A DNA stretch of 64,000 nucleotides, from NCBI GenBank assembly GCA_964016885.1, contig OZ024751.1, positions 36,084,001 through 36,148,000 of the forward strand. The letters are read 5' to 3'. The stretch is from Eledone cirrhosa (lineage: Eukaryota). Position numbers and translations under genes: made by a program. Shown here one piece after another: positions 41,293 through 56,949 of this stretch (position 1 is its first letter; each line of letters begins with the position of its first letter). The notes under the pieces were generated by a model. It was not told the origin of the DNA and ran no database searches. It worked only from the letters and a program-made list of their open reading frames with translations.

Positions 41293-41415
41293 CAATAAAG
41301 CTTGTGCATATGCTGCAACACTTCGATTCTACTTACTCTATATACACTCTGCAGACTACATCCGCCTTAACTCTGGAATACAATCTAATACAAGATGGAC
41401 CTGGCAACAGCACTG

Positions 41416-41545
41416 TGCTTTGCCCATCATCCTTACGGGGTCGATAAAGTGCCAGCAATGCATTGGGGTTGATTTAATCGACTTCTCCCCTGCCCCAAAT
41501 TTGTTGGCCTTGTCCGTATAGCAGAAATCATTATTATTATTATTA
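41416..41545 (+). mobile_element. SINE family 1 (long variant), 3' half
   Basis: catccttacggggtcgataaag...ggggttgatttaatcgact...ggccttgt..(att)n. Confidence 0.8.
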
Positions 41546-44376
41546 ATTCTTGTGCTCACAAATATTTGGGGAGGAATATAGGTTGATGTGAAATGATTCC
41601 TATATGAACATTATTCTCAGCCAAGCAGATGTAATCCTTGGAAACCCAATTGTTAAATGTAAATACTTTCACATAATAAAATATCGATATATAAATTATT
41701 TAATGTCCAATTTATGGTTTTTAAACAATTTCGGCAAATTGTAAGAATCGGATGTAGATAGATATTTAAGATTTTCACGGTTAATATTTTCTTCTTCATC
41801 TGCAGTAAGAGTTTCTGAACAATTCAAACTTAATTTAACGTTATTCTTATTAAAATCTCATAATATTTTCCGGAAAATATTTAACTAATAATTTATAAAA
41901 AATATTTACCATTATTTGTATTCACATTAAGATTGAATAGAACATTAAGGCAAAGCATTTTACGATTTCCATTTCTCAGAATAACCTCGTTGTTATTGTT
42001 GTTACCACCATCTTCATTATTATTATTATTATTAATATTATTGGCAATAAAATTATCCTTCAAATTTCTGCGCTTCAACACTTTCCTCAAGAAGTTGAGG
42101 GAAGTTTTACATGATGAAATTCAGGAGAAACATATTGTAGTATTTTTCCTACTAAAGTATTTGTCATGACAGCAGTGTGGTATAAACTTATAAACTTATA
42201 TTTATGTACAATGGAGAAAGGGTGGATATTTCAAGATATGTAAAATAAATTCCTGATTGAATTAATATTCTTGGAGAAAGAATGTTTGGTAACTCAATAG
42301 TGTAGTCTAATGTATAAACAATAACTTACATAATATTCATTATCCAAATGTTTATGAACCTTATTTTAAAAATAAGGCAGCATCCAGCCCTAGCATTCTG
42401 TTTAGGCAGGTCAGGTATCGTTCAAACCACGCCCTCTCTCTCTCGTAAAACTGGTGATGATTCTATATTATCCACCGTGTCTATGTTTAGCACACCAGGC
42501 ATGGGTTTGAGGGATATATATTTGCTATTTCTAGCATAGTGCTGAACCACGCTGGTTACTAACATTCCCTAAGATACTGTAGTTCTGTTAGCAATGATGC
42601 TGTAATTAAGGAATTAGTAGAAATAATATTTTTTTTATATACAGTAACTTTATATTAGAACAACATGATACAAGTAATTGATCAGATAAACTAGTTGAGA
42701 CAGTTTAATGGAAACACTGGTGTTAAGAGGAAGAAAACTGTTTGCTGTTGGCAAAAATATATAACGAATTCATAGGTAATATATTATTATTATCAGTACT
42801 TAATATATATTCAGAAGATATATGGCTGATAATATTTACTAAATAACATTGTGTACTCTCATAAATGTTTGTACGGTTTTGTTGTTTCAATTCATGTTTA
42901 GAAGTAATAGTTTTAATCCCGATAATTAATGTTCTCTAAGTTTTAGCGTGAATTAATTTTCCGTTATTTTCTTGTGAAGTTTGTATGTACACCCATACAA
43001 TAAAGCAAGTGTGTGACATTTAAATTGGACCACAAAATCTTTATGTTAAGCCGGAAATAACTTATATTTTCAGACAGAATGGTAACGAAAAACTATTTCC
43101 TCATAAAACGGTTAACTAACATCATGAAATATATTCTGATATTTAATATAATATTGAACATTACTGATATAGACCCCTGATACAGTATCCCCTATTTCTC
43201 TACGTTGCAGCCCACATATTTGCTGCGTCATTAGAGAAACATTTTCCTTGAATTATAATAAATGCAAATATCTCATCGGAGTATAAATTCAACAACTTTC
43301 TATTCGTACAAATCGTTTACCTTCGACTTTATGCATATTTTCCATGCATATATTCCGATTTAAATTATTCATTCACATGTTTATATTTCCTGCTTATATC
43401 TGTTTTCAAAACTACGTATGGACTTTTGAATTTTATATGAACACAAATGATGCTGTTATCAGCTCACACATGTTAGTTAGAAGATTGCATATAATGTTTA
43501 ATACTGCAATAAAATATGTTTATCTCAAACAAACACATGCATAATTTGCTTTAACGTTTTCTTCTATAAATACTTAGATATATTCAAATAACATTAAAAA
43601 GTGTTTTTAAAGCAAATTTTCTTTTACTCTTCAAAGAGAAGTTCTGCAAAATTAATTTTGTTAACTGACTTGTAAAAGACGCTTTTATCTCTGTTGGCAC
43701 GCCAGAGCCGTAGCTTGGAAGTACATCTTGATTCTGTTTCGATACATATCGATAGAGATACAAATCTATTTATTCCTAGGTTTCACTGGTAATAATGTAA
43801 ACATCTTTTAAAAAATATATTCATGTAATTCATCATTTGATTTTAATTTGGTAATTATAGTTGCATTAGTAATTTTTGTATTCATACATTATTCTGATTT
43901 CTGATTTCAAAATTGTTATATTTTTCCTTATTCTTTCTTTTATTAGAATATATATATATATATATATTGCAGCTTTCTATATGGAGTAATATAGTCAGGT
44001 AATAGTGTAAAAATATGGCTGCTTCATAGCTGCTTTCATAAACATTGATCATAAAGAATTCAATAGTAACACTAATAAAAAAAAAACATTTTAATAATTC
44101 GAGAATAATAACGAAACTTCAATTTATATTGTCATCTATTTGTGTAAAATCAATAGTATATTAATTCTTTCCATTCTAATTTTTTTTACTTCTCTGCTAT
44201 TCTCGTCTGGCGGTATTATGTTGAGAACATTTGAGTAGATATAAATCTGCATAAATGAATTTATATGGGTATGTAATCATAATTATTGCTTTTGATAATC
44301 CGATGTAAAGCAATATCGAACTGTTACAGTTGAAAAGCAACGTATCGTCGTATCCAATACAATATTGTGTTATACG

Positions 44377-44440
<64 letters not shown>

Positions 44441-44655
44441 TATATATAAATACATCCACAGACATATAAAGGCATACATATATACACGTATATATATATA
44501 TATGTATATTTGTAAATAACCATATACATATACGTGTATATGTCTATGTATATATAATAGTATTATTGGTATTCTAATGATTAAAAACATATATGTGTGT
44601 GTAGGAGTATGTTTATATATATATATATATATATATTTCTCTTTCAATCTCTCTC

Positions 44656-44701
<46 letters not shown>

Positions 44702-45676
44702 GGTCTCTCTTTCTCTGTATCTATCTGTATCCGTGTGTGGTTGAGTCTTTGCTTTCGTGGGTACTAAGAAATACATCTAAATATCACTTTTCATATATAA
44801 AAAAAATTGTATACTTTTCAATATATTGAAAAGACTCATACTGGGTTGTTATCCGACGATATATATTTTCGAACTTTATTAGTTGTGTTGTATTTCTTTC
44901 AAATATTAAATATATGTATAGAATGCCACGGATATATAGTAATTGGAGCCATATTGTCCTGGTATTGCTTTGTTGGGGGTAAAACATATCGCAATAATAT
45001 AAATATTGAGAACTTTACTACCAGGAAATTAAATGCTGGTATTGTATTCAATATGGGGTGAACATTACAGCGTTGTGTTTAAAGAATAACATCTATTTGG
45101 TTGCATCTGGATACATAGTGTAGAGATTTTAAATCAAATTCTCTCGTGTTTGATTTCGATTAGGAAAGCGATTCATTCTCAAGTTCTCGTTTATTAAGAT
45201 GTGTTTTGTATAATTTTATTTCCTCTCGTATGCACATATATTAATCTTGAGAAATTAGGAATGGCTACCAACAATATATCTTCTGGAATACTCTTGGATA
45301 TCAAAACCTCTGAACATCTAATATATTTTAATCGCGATAATTGATTATGCATGTATTAACATATATATAACACCAGTAACAACAACAGTAACAACAGTAG
45401 AAACAACAACAGTAACAACAACAGTAACAACAGTAGAAACAACAACAGTTATAGCAACAGTAACAACAGTAGTAACAGTAATAGCAACAATAAAAATAGC
45501 AGTAACCACTACAATAACAAATACCACACGAAAAAAGTCATTTCTCAGACAAAATAATTACAAGTTTCAGTGTTGATGAAGGCAGTGATTGGTGAAATTA
45601 CAAATAAGGATATTCATAAGAACAAGAACAACGCATATATATGTATATAAATAAATATATAGTTATATGTGTGTGT

Positions 45677-45742
45677 AGAGATAGATAGATATAGATAGAT
45701 AGATATAGATAGATATAGATGGATAGAGAGATAGAGATAGAT

Positions 45743-45818
<76 letters not shown>

Positions 45819-46330
45819 ATCTATATCTATCTATCTATCTATATCTATCTATCTATCTATCTATCTATATATAGATAGATATAGATAGATAGATAGATAG
45901 ATATAGATAGATAGATAGATATAGATGGATAGATAGATAGAGATAGATGGATAGATAGATAGATAGATATAGATAGATATAGATAGATAGATATAGATGG
46001 ATAGATAGATAGATAGAGATAGATAGATAGATAGATAGATATAGATAGATATAGATAGATATAGATAGATAGAGATAGATAGATAGATAGATAGATAGAG
46101 ATAGATGGATAGATAGATAGATATATATATATAGATAGATATAGATAGATGGATAGATAGATAGATAGATATATATAGATGGATAGATAGATAGATATAG
46201 ATAGATAGATATAGATAGATGGACATAGATATATAGATATAGATAGATGGATAGATAGATAGATAGATATGTAGATAGATAGAGATATATAGATAGATAG
46301 ATAGGTGGATAGTTGAATAGATAGATAGAG
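45677..46330. repeat. (GATA)n/(TA)n microsatellite with a local inversion
   Basis: Direct reading. Confidence 0.95.
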
Positions 46331-47338
46331 AGAAGAGCCGCAGAAAGAAAAAAAAGAGCGAGTTTTCTAGAGAGCCAGCTTTTAACCATAACCAATGTTT
46401 AAATTAATTGAATACCACGAAGTTTTTATGAACTCTGATCCCCATCTATCTACATTGACCACCATTGCCTTAAGAAACTTATGAAATTCATAGTTTAAAT
46501 TCAACAGAGCGCTAACTTTCGAGAAATTCAATGATAATCAACTTTAGTGCACCATCTATTTTTAAGCAATATGAAAACACCAGAAATTGTTTCTGAAATA
46601 TTCATATCCTTTAAACAGGTGTTAAGTTAAAGTTCTATCTCCTGAAAAGGTGTATTCAATAGGTGTACCTATAATAATGACCTTTTTACTGAGAGGAAAG
46701 TTCACATCTATGACCAAAATACTGGAAACGAGAGACAAAAATAAAATTATAATAATATTTATATTTGATATTCTATAATAATAATTTCTTTTCAACAATT
46801 CATTTTGTGACAGGTTGTGGTTTATGCATATTTATTAAGCTACGTTCATTATTTAGAAATAATGAAATAGTAAATCTATAAGAATTAACATTAATTACAA
46901 TATTGCATTCAAATTGAAGTCTATGTTTAAAATGATTTCGCGACCGGAAAATTAATTAAAGTAAAAAGGACATAGATTAGAGGAATATTAATTCAAGTTA
47001 ATTCAAAATTATTTTAATTCAGATTAGTGAAAATGAAGTAAAAACAGTAGGATGGTGTCAAAAGACATCTATACGTTATAGAAAGTTGAATAAATGAATT
47101 AAATCTCACTGTGAGCTTTGATGTGTTTTTATATGTGTATAATTCTCACTACACTCACAATGTATTGTTCTTGTTGAAGTTACAGAAGACACTTCACCAA
47201 GTTGAATGAGGTGTGGCCGAAACCGAGACGTCACGAGCATTACTATCCTTATATATAATAATAATAAATGTGAAGACTAAAATCCAAATATAGAGCAAAT
47301 ATTTATTAAAATCTGTAATCTGATATGTAAATAAATAA

Positions 47339-47369
<31 letters not shown>

Positions 47370-47385
47370 TACATATATATCTATT

Positions 47386-47637
47386 CTAAGGCGGGTAAAA
47401 TTCCCGAGATCCATGGACGAGTTCTCTCCAGCGGTCTCTGTCCCTCATTATCGCTGCCATGTCCTGCGTCTCCAACAGATCAGTGTCTGTCCTTAGGGCA
47501 TCAACATACGTTAACCTTGGTCTTCCTCTTCTAGTGTGTCCATGTAGGGGCTCCCAAAGGAGCACTGAGTACAATGTCAACTCTGGATGTCGGTGAGCAT
47601 GTCCAGCTAACCTCAGTCTCCTCTGTGTCACTTTTGA
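47386..47637 (-). mobile_element. 5'-truncated 3' end of a second RTE-type LINE family
   Basis: Translation SKVTQRRLRLAGHAHRHPE...LLWEPLHGHTRRGRPRLTYVDAL...MRDRDRWRELV* is the typical RTE-like C-terminus. No zinc fingers; microsatellite tail. Confidence 0.85.
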
Positions 47638-47650
47638 TATATATATATTT

Positions 47651-47750
47651 GGTGTCCCCCCAAAATGTATACACACTTTGATTACCTGTACAGGCAATAT
47701 TTATTAGAATGAATGTTGTTGAATGATTATATACTTTTGGGGACACCCTG
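47651..47750. mobile_element. Tc1/mariner-type MITE
   Basis: TIRs ggtgtccccccaaaatgtata / tatacttttggggacaccctg followed by TA. A CAGGGTGTCC terminus is typical of Tc1/mariner derivatives; the left tip is eroded. Confidence 0.7.
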
Positions 47751-48580
47751 TATGTATATATCTATATATAAAAATCTATCTATCTATCTATCTATCTATA
47801 TATATATATGTGTGTGTGTGTGTACATATTACTTCCACATTCTGTTTTCTCTCTATATACATGTGGGTGTGCCTCTGTATATTTATGTATCCGTGTGACC
47901 AATTCTGTCTCTATCTAAACTTGTTTCCGATTTTAATCAACAATGCATTCTCTTATTCAGTGAAAACATCATTTTTATCGGGGGCCATATTAAAATACTG
48001 TACCAGGCCATAAAGTACGATTTGATAAATAAACCCTCAGTGTGGGGGATGCATTTAGAAACCACATCCATATACCAGTGTCAAGTGACAGTAAATATAT
48101 GAATTGTATCCCCGTTAAGGAGAATTTCATTATATATATCTGTATTTATCTCTCTCTGTTTACTGTCTGTTAATCTCCCTCATATACCCAAGGACTTATT
48201 TATTCTATATACACTGAATTTCTCGACATTAAATGACATAATGTTATATATTTGAATAAATATCCCAATATCATATAATATGTGTATATATATGCATGAA
48301 AGAGTGAATAAGGCTGTAGTTGTATGTATGCTCCCTACTGTGAGAATGTGTGTGTCTGTGTGCGTGTCTCTGTATGTGTGTATGTGTAAATGTATTACAT
48401 AAAACTGCTGATATCCTTTACGACCAATGTGCATTGTCAGCAATCCCATTTTCGGTATCATTTATGCAACACATGATAACATCATATTTTCATATTTATA
48501 TCAAAATTTGCATCGTTAATAAATGCAGAAAGCACGCTGAAGATTCTCGTTAGTTTTGCAATGTATTGTCATATTTATTC

Positions 48581-48614
<34 letters not shown>

Positions 48615-49899
48615 TTTTGCTCAATCAGCTTTCTCACACAATAACCACATACCCTAATAGTCACAGACATACACTAACATACAGAACATATGAACAAACT
48701 GTGTCTGCTTCGGTTTTTGCACCACATATGCAGACAAAGCAATATGTGTGATTTTATATTTTACTTTTCAAAATATATTTTTGTTTTTCTTTGCATATTA
48801 TTTCATAGGCAAAATCCATTGATACCACTAATATAATCACCTGATTCCCTCACATAATAATTCCCATTGGATGCTATGAGGAATAAAAACAATTATAAAC
48901 TCCACGGATAGTGTATGTTGCGCTTTTCCTACAATTTAATCGACGAAGTTTAATGCTTTAGATGCCATATCCTTTTTTTCTCTCTCTTTCTTTTTTTTTT
49001 ATTACATTTTCAAATTAATATCTTGTTCATATTTCTACTTTTGCGTTTTTGTTCCTTTTTTTTCCTTTTCCATCATTCCTCAACATAATGCATTGCGGCA
49101 CACAACATTGATATTAAACTATAGTTTATGGACTGTGTTGGATGTTTGACCTCAAACACATTTTTATCTTTGTAGAATGGCGTGTCATCCTTAGATTAGC
49201 TCAACATTGCAATATATTTTCCCTGAAGGAAGTAAATAATACATTTCCATAATAAAAAAATAAATAACAAAAACAAAAGACCTATAAACACATGAAAAAC
49301 AAAGATATTGAAACCTGATAAAAAGAAACCAAAGAAAGAAAAAATATAAATAACTTCATTCAAATATATTAAACACAGTAAAATGTTTTATAAATGTGTT
49401 CAAACTATTTTCTACTTAATTATCTCCCTTCCCTTTTGTTTAATCTGTATTTCACATTATTTACACCGGTCTCAACGAGACATTGATGATATGACAATCA
49501 CACTCAATTATTAATAAGTATGTAATATAAAATATTGAAGTTCAACCACTACTGAAGCAGCTATTTATATTAGGATTTAATTCACAATAGCTTCTATTGG
49601 CTACTCTGGGGTAATGAACAAACAAACCTCATTAACAATACGTTACTTGTCTTATATTCGCACAGATAGCAGGCATTTCCTCATATAAAATATATATGAA
49701 CCATATATATTTTAACGTAAATAATTGGTCAGTTACCTAAAATAGGTAAGAGGCGTCAAACCCGCCTCCTCTCTAAAAAAAAATATTATCATTATCATTT
49801 TATATAGAATAATATTAATAATACTTACTATAATATATTTTTTGTAATGCAGTATAGATGGAAAATGCACAGGAGCAATTAGTCATCTATCAAGTCACA

Positions 49900-50037
49900 T
49901 GTACAACTCACTTTTGCTAGCTGAGTGAACAGAAGCAACGTAGAACATAGTGCTTTGCTGAAGGACACAATACGCTGTCGAGAATCGAAGTTCGAATCTT
50001 TCGAACGTGAGCTGAACACCCTAACCACCAAGCCATG
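49900..50037 (-). mobile_element. SINE family 2, decayed
   Basis: agctgagtgaacagaagcaacg...gctgaaggacacaa...ctaaccaccaagccatg matches the 425-739 copy. Confidence 0.65.
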
Positions 50038-52324
50038 AAAATCCCCACTACAAGATATAGCGATTTACTTGATACATTCCTGTAAATCCAGGAATTGTAG
50101 TGTATAAACCGGAGATTTTGTTACTAGAATATCAAAAAGAGATTGAGATTATGATGTTGCCAGATAAGGCTCACACAATCCAGATGAAATTCCTGTTAAA
50201 ATTCACACCTCAATATCAGGAATCGTTACATTACAATAACACATAGAATGCCATTTTCTATTTTGTGATTTAATATTTTCAAAAAATATTCTATAATATA
50301 GGAATTCTTAAAATATGATCCCCGAATTTGCAAAAAGAAAATGTGTGTAACAAAATTTGTCGTCCATTATTATTCCACAAACATGCTAATCTATTTTGAC
50401 GTGTAAGATGAAAATGTACAAACTATAATAATATTTAATACTGTTATAGTGTTCGGCATGCCATTGTGTTCTATATTATATTAATGGACACCCAGCAGAG
50501 ATGGTGAGAATACATAGGTATGTTTAGAATGTCTGCAACAGAGAAGTATTGATATAAATAAAATATGTATGTAATTACATTTTACCATTCTAGTTCAGTT
50601 ACTAACCATGTTGAAACCTTGTCAAAAGACACAGTAATATATAACACAGTAATTTTATAAGTCCTATACCTCTAGTTTCCCAAATATATCTACTGTTAAG
50701 AAATATGAAATCAGATGATAACTGTGTGACCAAAATATACTGCAGAAAAAAACAGTACATTTCTTTTTCGAAACGAGTGATATGATGAAACAGATCCCTG
50801 ACATGTATTTTGATATTTCTCTTTCCTTTTCTATCAGGTTGACATAACTCTGCTGAGGTAGACATGATATTCAGAGTAGCATATATAACTCATATTAATT
50901 TATACTTTCTCATAATTCACACATATAAAATAAATATTGCTGATCGAATTAGCCATATGTTCAAATCCTACCCAAGTCAACTTTACCTTTCATGCTTTCG
51001 AGGTCAGTGAAAACGTACGAGTAGAGTACTGGAGACAAATCTTTCTCTATATCTCTTTCTCACGTTCTGTCTCATTCTCTGGGAGAATTCTTCTCTGCCA
51101 GGTTTAAATTAACACAAGCCGTATACCATGACGGGACCCTACAACTCCACCAATTGAATGTAAATATTTCTAGGCGTGTCTGCAGCAGTCTGGCATTTCT
51201 GACCCATCTTTTATTTGAACTCGATTCCTCGGCAGCTAATCTCTACATAATGCTTCTCAATTAAGACGATGAAATATAAAATGAAAATAAAATGTTTGCT
51301 GCTTCAGCAATATCTCGAATGTATTAGACTAATCTAAATTAATTAACAATTGATTGCATTTTAATACAAATTTAAATGTGAAGAAGTCACCATGCTGAGG
51401 TTTTAGTAATATGTTCTTTTAAAATTAAATAATAAGCGAATACGTACATATACACGCAGATATACATGCAATACATATATATGTGAACTTAATTTTCTAT
51501 GTTTGTCTGTGCATCTATTTTTTAATTACATGTAGGAGAAACGCAAGTTTGCCATGATAAATGGAATTCGATTAAACTAATTAAACTGGTGAAATCTTAC
51601 TTTAGTTAAATTAATGAATTATAATTTTCAAAACAATGTAATAATAAAAGCAAAACTCACGTGTGACTAGACTTAACACAACAACGAAATTATATGCTTT
51701 TTGCAGCATAAATCATCGTAATAGTTTTTAAAGAATATTCGAAGCTACAAAACAAAATTATTATGCGTGACACTGTAAGGAAACTCTATGAATAAAATCT
51801 TTAGAGTCATTCCACGTATTAGATCATTCTGTTGGTCTTTATATAAGTCCATATATGAGCACAAGGAACGAGCAGAAGTGATACAGAAATATCAGAGTGA
51901 ATAGGAGTGATAAAAACATCCCTGTATCATCAGTTATCCGCCCTTGGCATTACCACGATTTCTGTTCACTGTATCGTTAGAATAGTGCATTTCGGTGCAC
52001 CAACACCTAACAGAAATTGATTGGAAGGTATGGAAGTATAATAAAACGAAACCCAACACTAGGGCCCAAAGTATTTGCCTAACGCTGGGGCTCCGCTGAG
52101 AAGTTGAGTGATACATTGCTTGAAGTACAAGGACATCACATCAATATTATCTGTATCTGTAATACCATATATTATAGCGAACATACACACTTATACACAT
52201 ATATAAATGTGGGAACCTCTGTCAGATCAGGCGGTGAGTGACCTTATAGTTTGAACCACTGATCAAGCTGCTCAGGATATTTACGTACAGATGGTTAAAC
52301 GTTCCACTATCACGTGCTAACTTA

Positions 52325-52531
52325 ATGTAGTTCTCAGCGACATTCTTTGTGAGACAGTGTGAGATATAGCTGGTCTTTTCAGTTAGAATTTCAACCCATT
52401 ATTGTCACTTGAGTGGACTGAATCAACATGAAATAGAGTGCATTGCTCTAGGAGATATGGCGCCTCTGGATAATAAACTCATGATTTTACAATCGTGAGC
52501 TGAACGCACCTAACCAATAAGCCATACACCT
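52325..52531 (-). mobile_element. SINE family 2, decayed
   Basis: tgagtggactgaatcaacatgaaatagagtg...cgtgagctgaacgcacctaaccaataagccat matches the 49900 copy. Confidence 0.6.
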
Positions 52532-52884
52532 TCACTTATACACATACGTACATAGAGAGAAACGAAAACAGACTCGCATACAATCACACTCACACACGTA
52601 CAGATTTTCTTACTTCACAAATACACGCATTCTCTCTATAAACGTGGTTATAACAACAGAAAGAAAAATGTCTGTGAGAAGACAAGTGATTTTATATGAC
52701 ATTGGAAATCGTTTTACTGTCTCTCCCAAAAGTAATATTAATTTTCTGGAAAAATGTAAATAATTCTAAGTAAATGTAATTTAAAATATATAATTTAAAT
52801 GGAAAAATAATATAAAATAATATTTACATATATTGTCAAAGATTTTTTGTGTTTAGTGAAGTCGATCTCATACGAATATAAAGG

Positions 52885-52975
<91 letters not shown>

Positions 52976-53691
52976 AATATATATATATATATATATGTGT
53001 GTGTTATATATATATATAAACGTGTCTCTTCTTGTACACATAAGTATATACATACACAGGCTATATATATGTATGTATATATATAAACGTCTCTCCTTAT
53101 ACATAACACACACACACATTATATATATATATATATAGGCTACGTATATATATATATATTCACCATTCAATTCTAGTTTAACCAACAATAAACTTCATTT
53201 AATTATATATACATATAACCATTTTACAGAATAGCTCCTTGATGTGTTTCCATAACAGTTTGAAGTTTGTAGTCACTTTAATTTTAATGTATCTTTGTGT
53301 TCATATTGATGAATCGATTTATAATTTGATTGAATGTTGCTCACTTTGAAAAACAAACACAATTTGATATTATTGTTCCTTAACATAAACGGTTAGTGAA
53401 ATTTGTTTTATTAATTGTATATCTTGTTTAAATCTATGTTCCGATACTGATTGCTGCTAGCATTACTGTCAATAATAGAAAGCTATAACGAACAATCTAT
53501 ATCATAATAACTGTAAAGCCGTTTTTTCCGTCTATCACACTCTTGTCATAAACATCAAAATAATTTGTTAATACATGGTACACAAATATATCTCGAAAAC
53601 GGAGTGGAGTGACCAATGTTTACAAACATTCTTTACAAAGAGTGTCATTTTGTCTGACTCTTTCTCTCTCTCTCACCCTCTTTCTTTCTCT

Positions 53692-53880
<189 letters not shown>

Positions 53881-54555
53881 CATATATATATATTGCAAAA
53901 CAAAAAAAACAGTGCATGGCGTTACCACAGTAATATATAACAAAGTTGCCTCGCAAATAAATTTAAAAACAAACGTTTAACGATTGAACAAATGCATCTA
54001 CCTCTCTCACTAGCTACACACTGGGTAAGACAATTTCGTGCATAAGAGAGATATTTCATAAAATTGATCCCAGCCTGCACGATAGATTCGAAAATACTTC
54101 CGGAAACTTCAGTGTGTGTGTGCGCGTCCTTAGAAATTCTCGTGCGCCGGAAAATAACTGTGAAGACAGCTTTGAAAATTGGGTAAAAGTCTCCAGTATC
54201 TGCTACACGGAAATCGAACTCTGTACCTGCCAAATTCTGTCTGAGTACTCTGTACTCTTGAGCTAAATTAAGTCTGACGACAGTTGCCGTATTCAATAAA
54301 GCTAAATATTAGCTTTTCAATGTGAAAACGTTTGTAAATAAATATTGGTGCGTCAAGTGAGTTGAAATGCTTAGGAAATTTGATTTCCTTCTCCTTCCAT
54401 ACACAGTAGATTTGGTAGTCCTTTATTATTTAACATTACTGATAAAACACTCTAGGTGATTCTGGAGAGGTTTATAAATATTTATCAAACATAATATAAT
54501 CAACGGTAATATTATACACACACATACATACATATATATTATATATATATACACA

Positions 54556-54658
<103 letters not shown>

Positions 54659-55699
54659 GGGAGAGAGAGAGAGAGCATTGCTTCAGAAGTGAGTTACGAA
54701 CCAACGGCAGATAATCTGACAACCCAGTCACATTTGTGATGTTTCAGAATTCTCTTTGTTATAGTAATTATTCACGTTTCCTAGGTTACTTAACAATGTT
54801 ATTCATAAACCCCTTTGCATATGTGTTGTACATGTGAGAAATCTGTGAAAGAAGACAATGAGTTGCATAGAACAAATATTAACGGGACTGAAGATGGCGA
54901 ACATTATCAAATATTTTACCTCCTTTGGCATTAGGCGATCATGAGGCGTTATCTGTCGATAGGGAAACTATCCTGAAATATATACATTTATTCTGACGTT
55001 ATATTTGATCTTCATTGAATGTTGTTTGGCACATTCATTGTTCATTGCCCGAGATACCAGACATGGTGGAAGATAATATTTCTTTGCTAATGAGTCAACC
55101 TCAACCTTCCAATTGTTTTAACAGTAAAGGCAATAGTGGCATTAGAATTAACACAATGTCTTATATCTACTTTGAATTATTCAATGTATAAAATATACAA
55201 AATAACAGTTGCTATGATTGTTTCAATGAAAATCTATTTCCCTTAAATGTACACTGTTTCCTATTGTCTTACATTTTTTCATTGCACAGATTAATGTTTC
55301 ACTAGAAGTCATGTATCGAACCCGTGATGAAGAACGTTGGAACTTACAGGATATTTAAGAACAATTTTGAAACTATCAAAGACACGGCATGGTGATAGTT
55401 ATTTGTTTAATTAAAACTAAATCAACGTTTATCAAATAAATAATCATCGCAGTTGTCTTCCGCTTGAATACTATGTTGATGGTATTTGAGCAAATTCCGA
55501 TATTAAGATCTTCACATATACAATTATTAAACTTCCTCTAATCAATTTATCTTCAACGCAAATTCTTTCAAAATATCATGCATTGTGCTGCCGTCAAACG
55601 GAATAATTTGTCATAGTTGCTTCCGATTAGAAAGAATATTGCTGTGGTCTGTCCATGTGGTTTGGACAGTTAATGCATCGTGGAAACATATGTCGGAAG

Positions 55700-55800
55700 C
55701 AGGTTCTATGAACCAACAGATTTGCACAGGAATGAATGACTATATAAAGGAGCTTTTGTATTCCGTTGAGTAACAGAAGAAGCAAAGCAGCGATGTAGCT
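55700..55800 (+). pseudogene. Very old RT fragment (frameshifted DY.KAFDSVE-like motif)
   Basis: gactatataaag(ga)gcttttg(t)attccgttgag reads D-Y-I-K-A-F-D-S-V-E only after removing two small insertions. Confidence 0.3.
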
Positions 55801-56504
55801 ACAAGAACAGTTCAATGTGAACAGACAGAAGAAGAAAGATTCCATAATTTTAGAATCTACGTCGCCATTGAAGTAGCATCTCTTGCATATCCTTCCACTG
55901 ATTTTAGTTAACAGAACATGACCATACTAGGGCACCGTCTCTAAAGTAGTTAACCGATCATATCGACCCAGTACTTATTAATTTCTCAATTATATTACAT
56001 ATATTTATGGATCGCTCTCTGTAGAAGAGTTATGTCACGTTATATAAAATAAGGACGTACTCACACAAACATACTCACGCGTAGACAAACATACACACCA
56101 GCAAGCACACGTATATATGTAGCTGTCTTCAATGCAGTTTCTGAAACCAGAATTCACTCACAATTTAAACGTCAATTCAAACCTATAGACCGAGGATTTT
56201 CTTTATACAGTCATGCTTAAATGGTTTGCATAATTTTTGAAATTAGCTTAAATAAAGAAGATTCGCTGACCTAATGCTATTTCTACCGCTAACTATATAA
56301 TATTAAATGCTAAACAATTCCAAGATCTCTATTTATTATAGTCATAATTATCGTACCATTTTCGATAAGGTTTTGAAAGGAACCATTTCTGGGGTTTCAA
56401 CGAAATTAAAATGGGACAGTCTTTGATTAGTGGTACTTGGTGCTACGGAAGAAGATCTTGGAGAACTTTATTCATCTATATATGAATGCCTATATATATA
56501 TATA

Positions 56505-56642
56505 ATAGATGAGATTCTATAGGACTAATGAAACAGTTCTAGTCCTGTAGAATCTCATCTATATTAAAACTGTTATACTCTGCTATGTATTGAGTACCTT
56601 ACTTACTGTGGTTACCTCCGATTCAACCCGGAATTACTTACC
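56505..56642 (+). mobile_element. Second fold-back family (F2) with the same architecture as F1
   Basis: 23-bp inverted repeat atagatgagattctataggacta / tagtcctgtagaatctcatctat around a GAAAcagttctagTC half-hammerhead. ~80-bp tail containing gtattgagtac; TA flanks. Confidence 0.65.
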
Positions 56643-56781
56643 TATATATATATATATATACACATACATACATACATATATATACATACATACATACATA
56701 TATATACATACATACATACATATATATATACATACATATATATATACATATATATATATATACATATACATATATATATAC

Positions 56782-56938
<157 letters not shown>

Positions 56939-56949
56939 TATACACATAG

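Noticed and set aside
53922-54296. 124-aa minus-strand ORF in a moderately GC-rich patch
   Set aside because: No recognisable motifs or convincing splice context.
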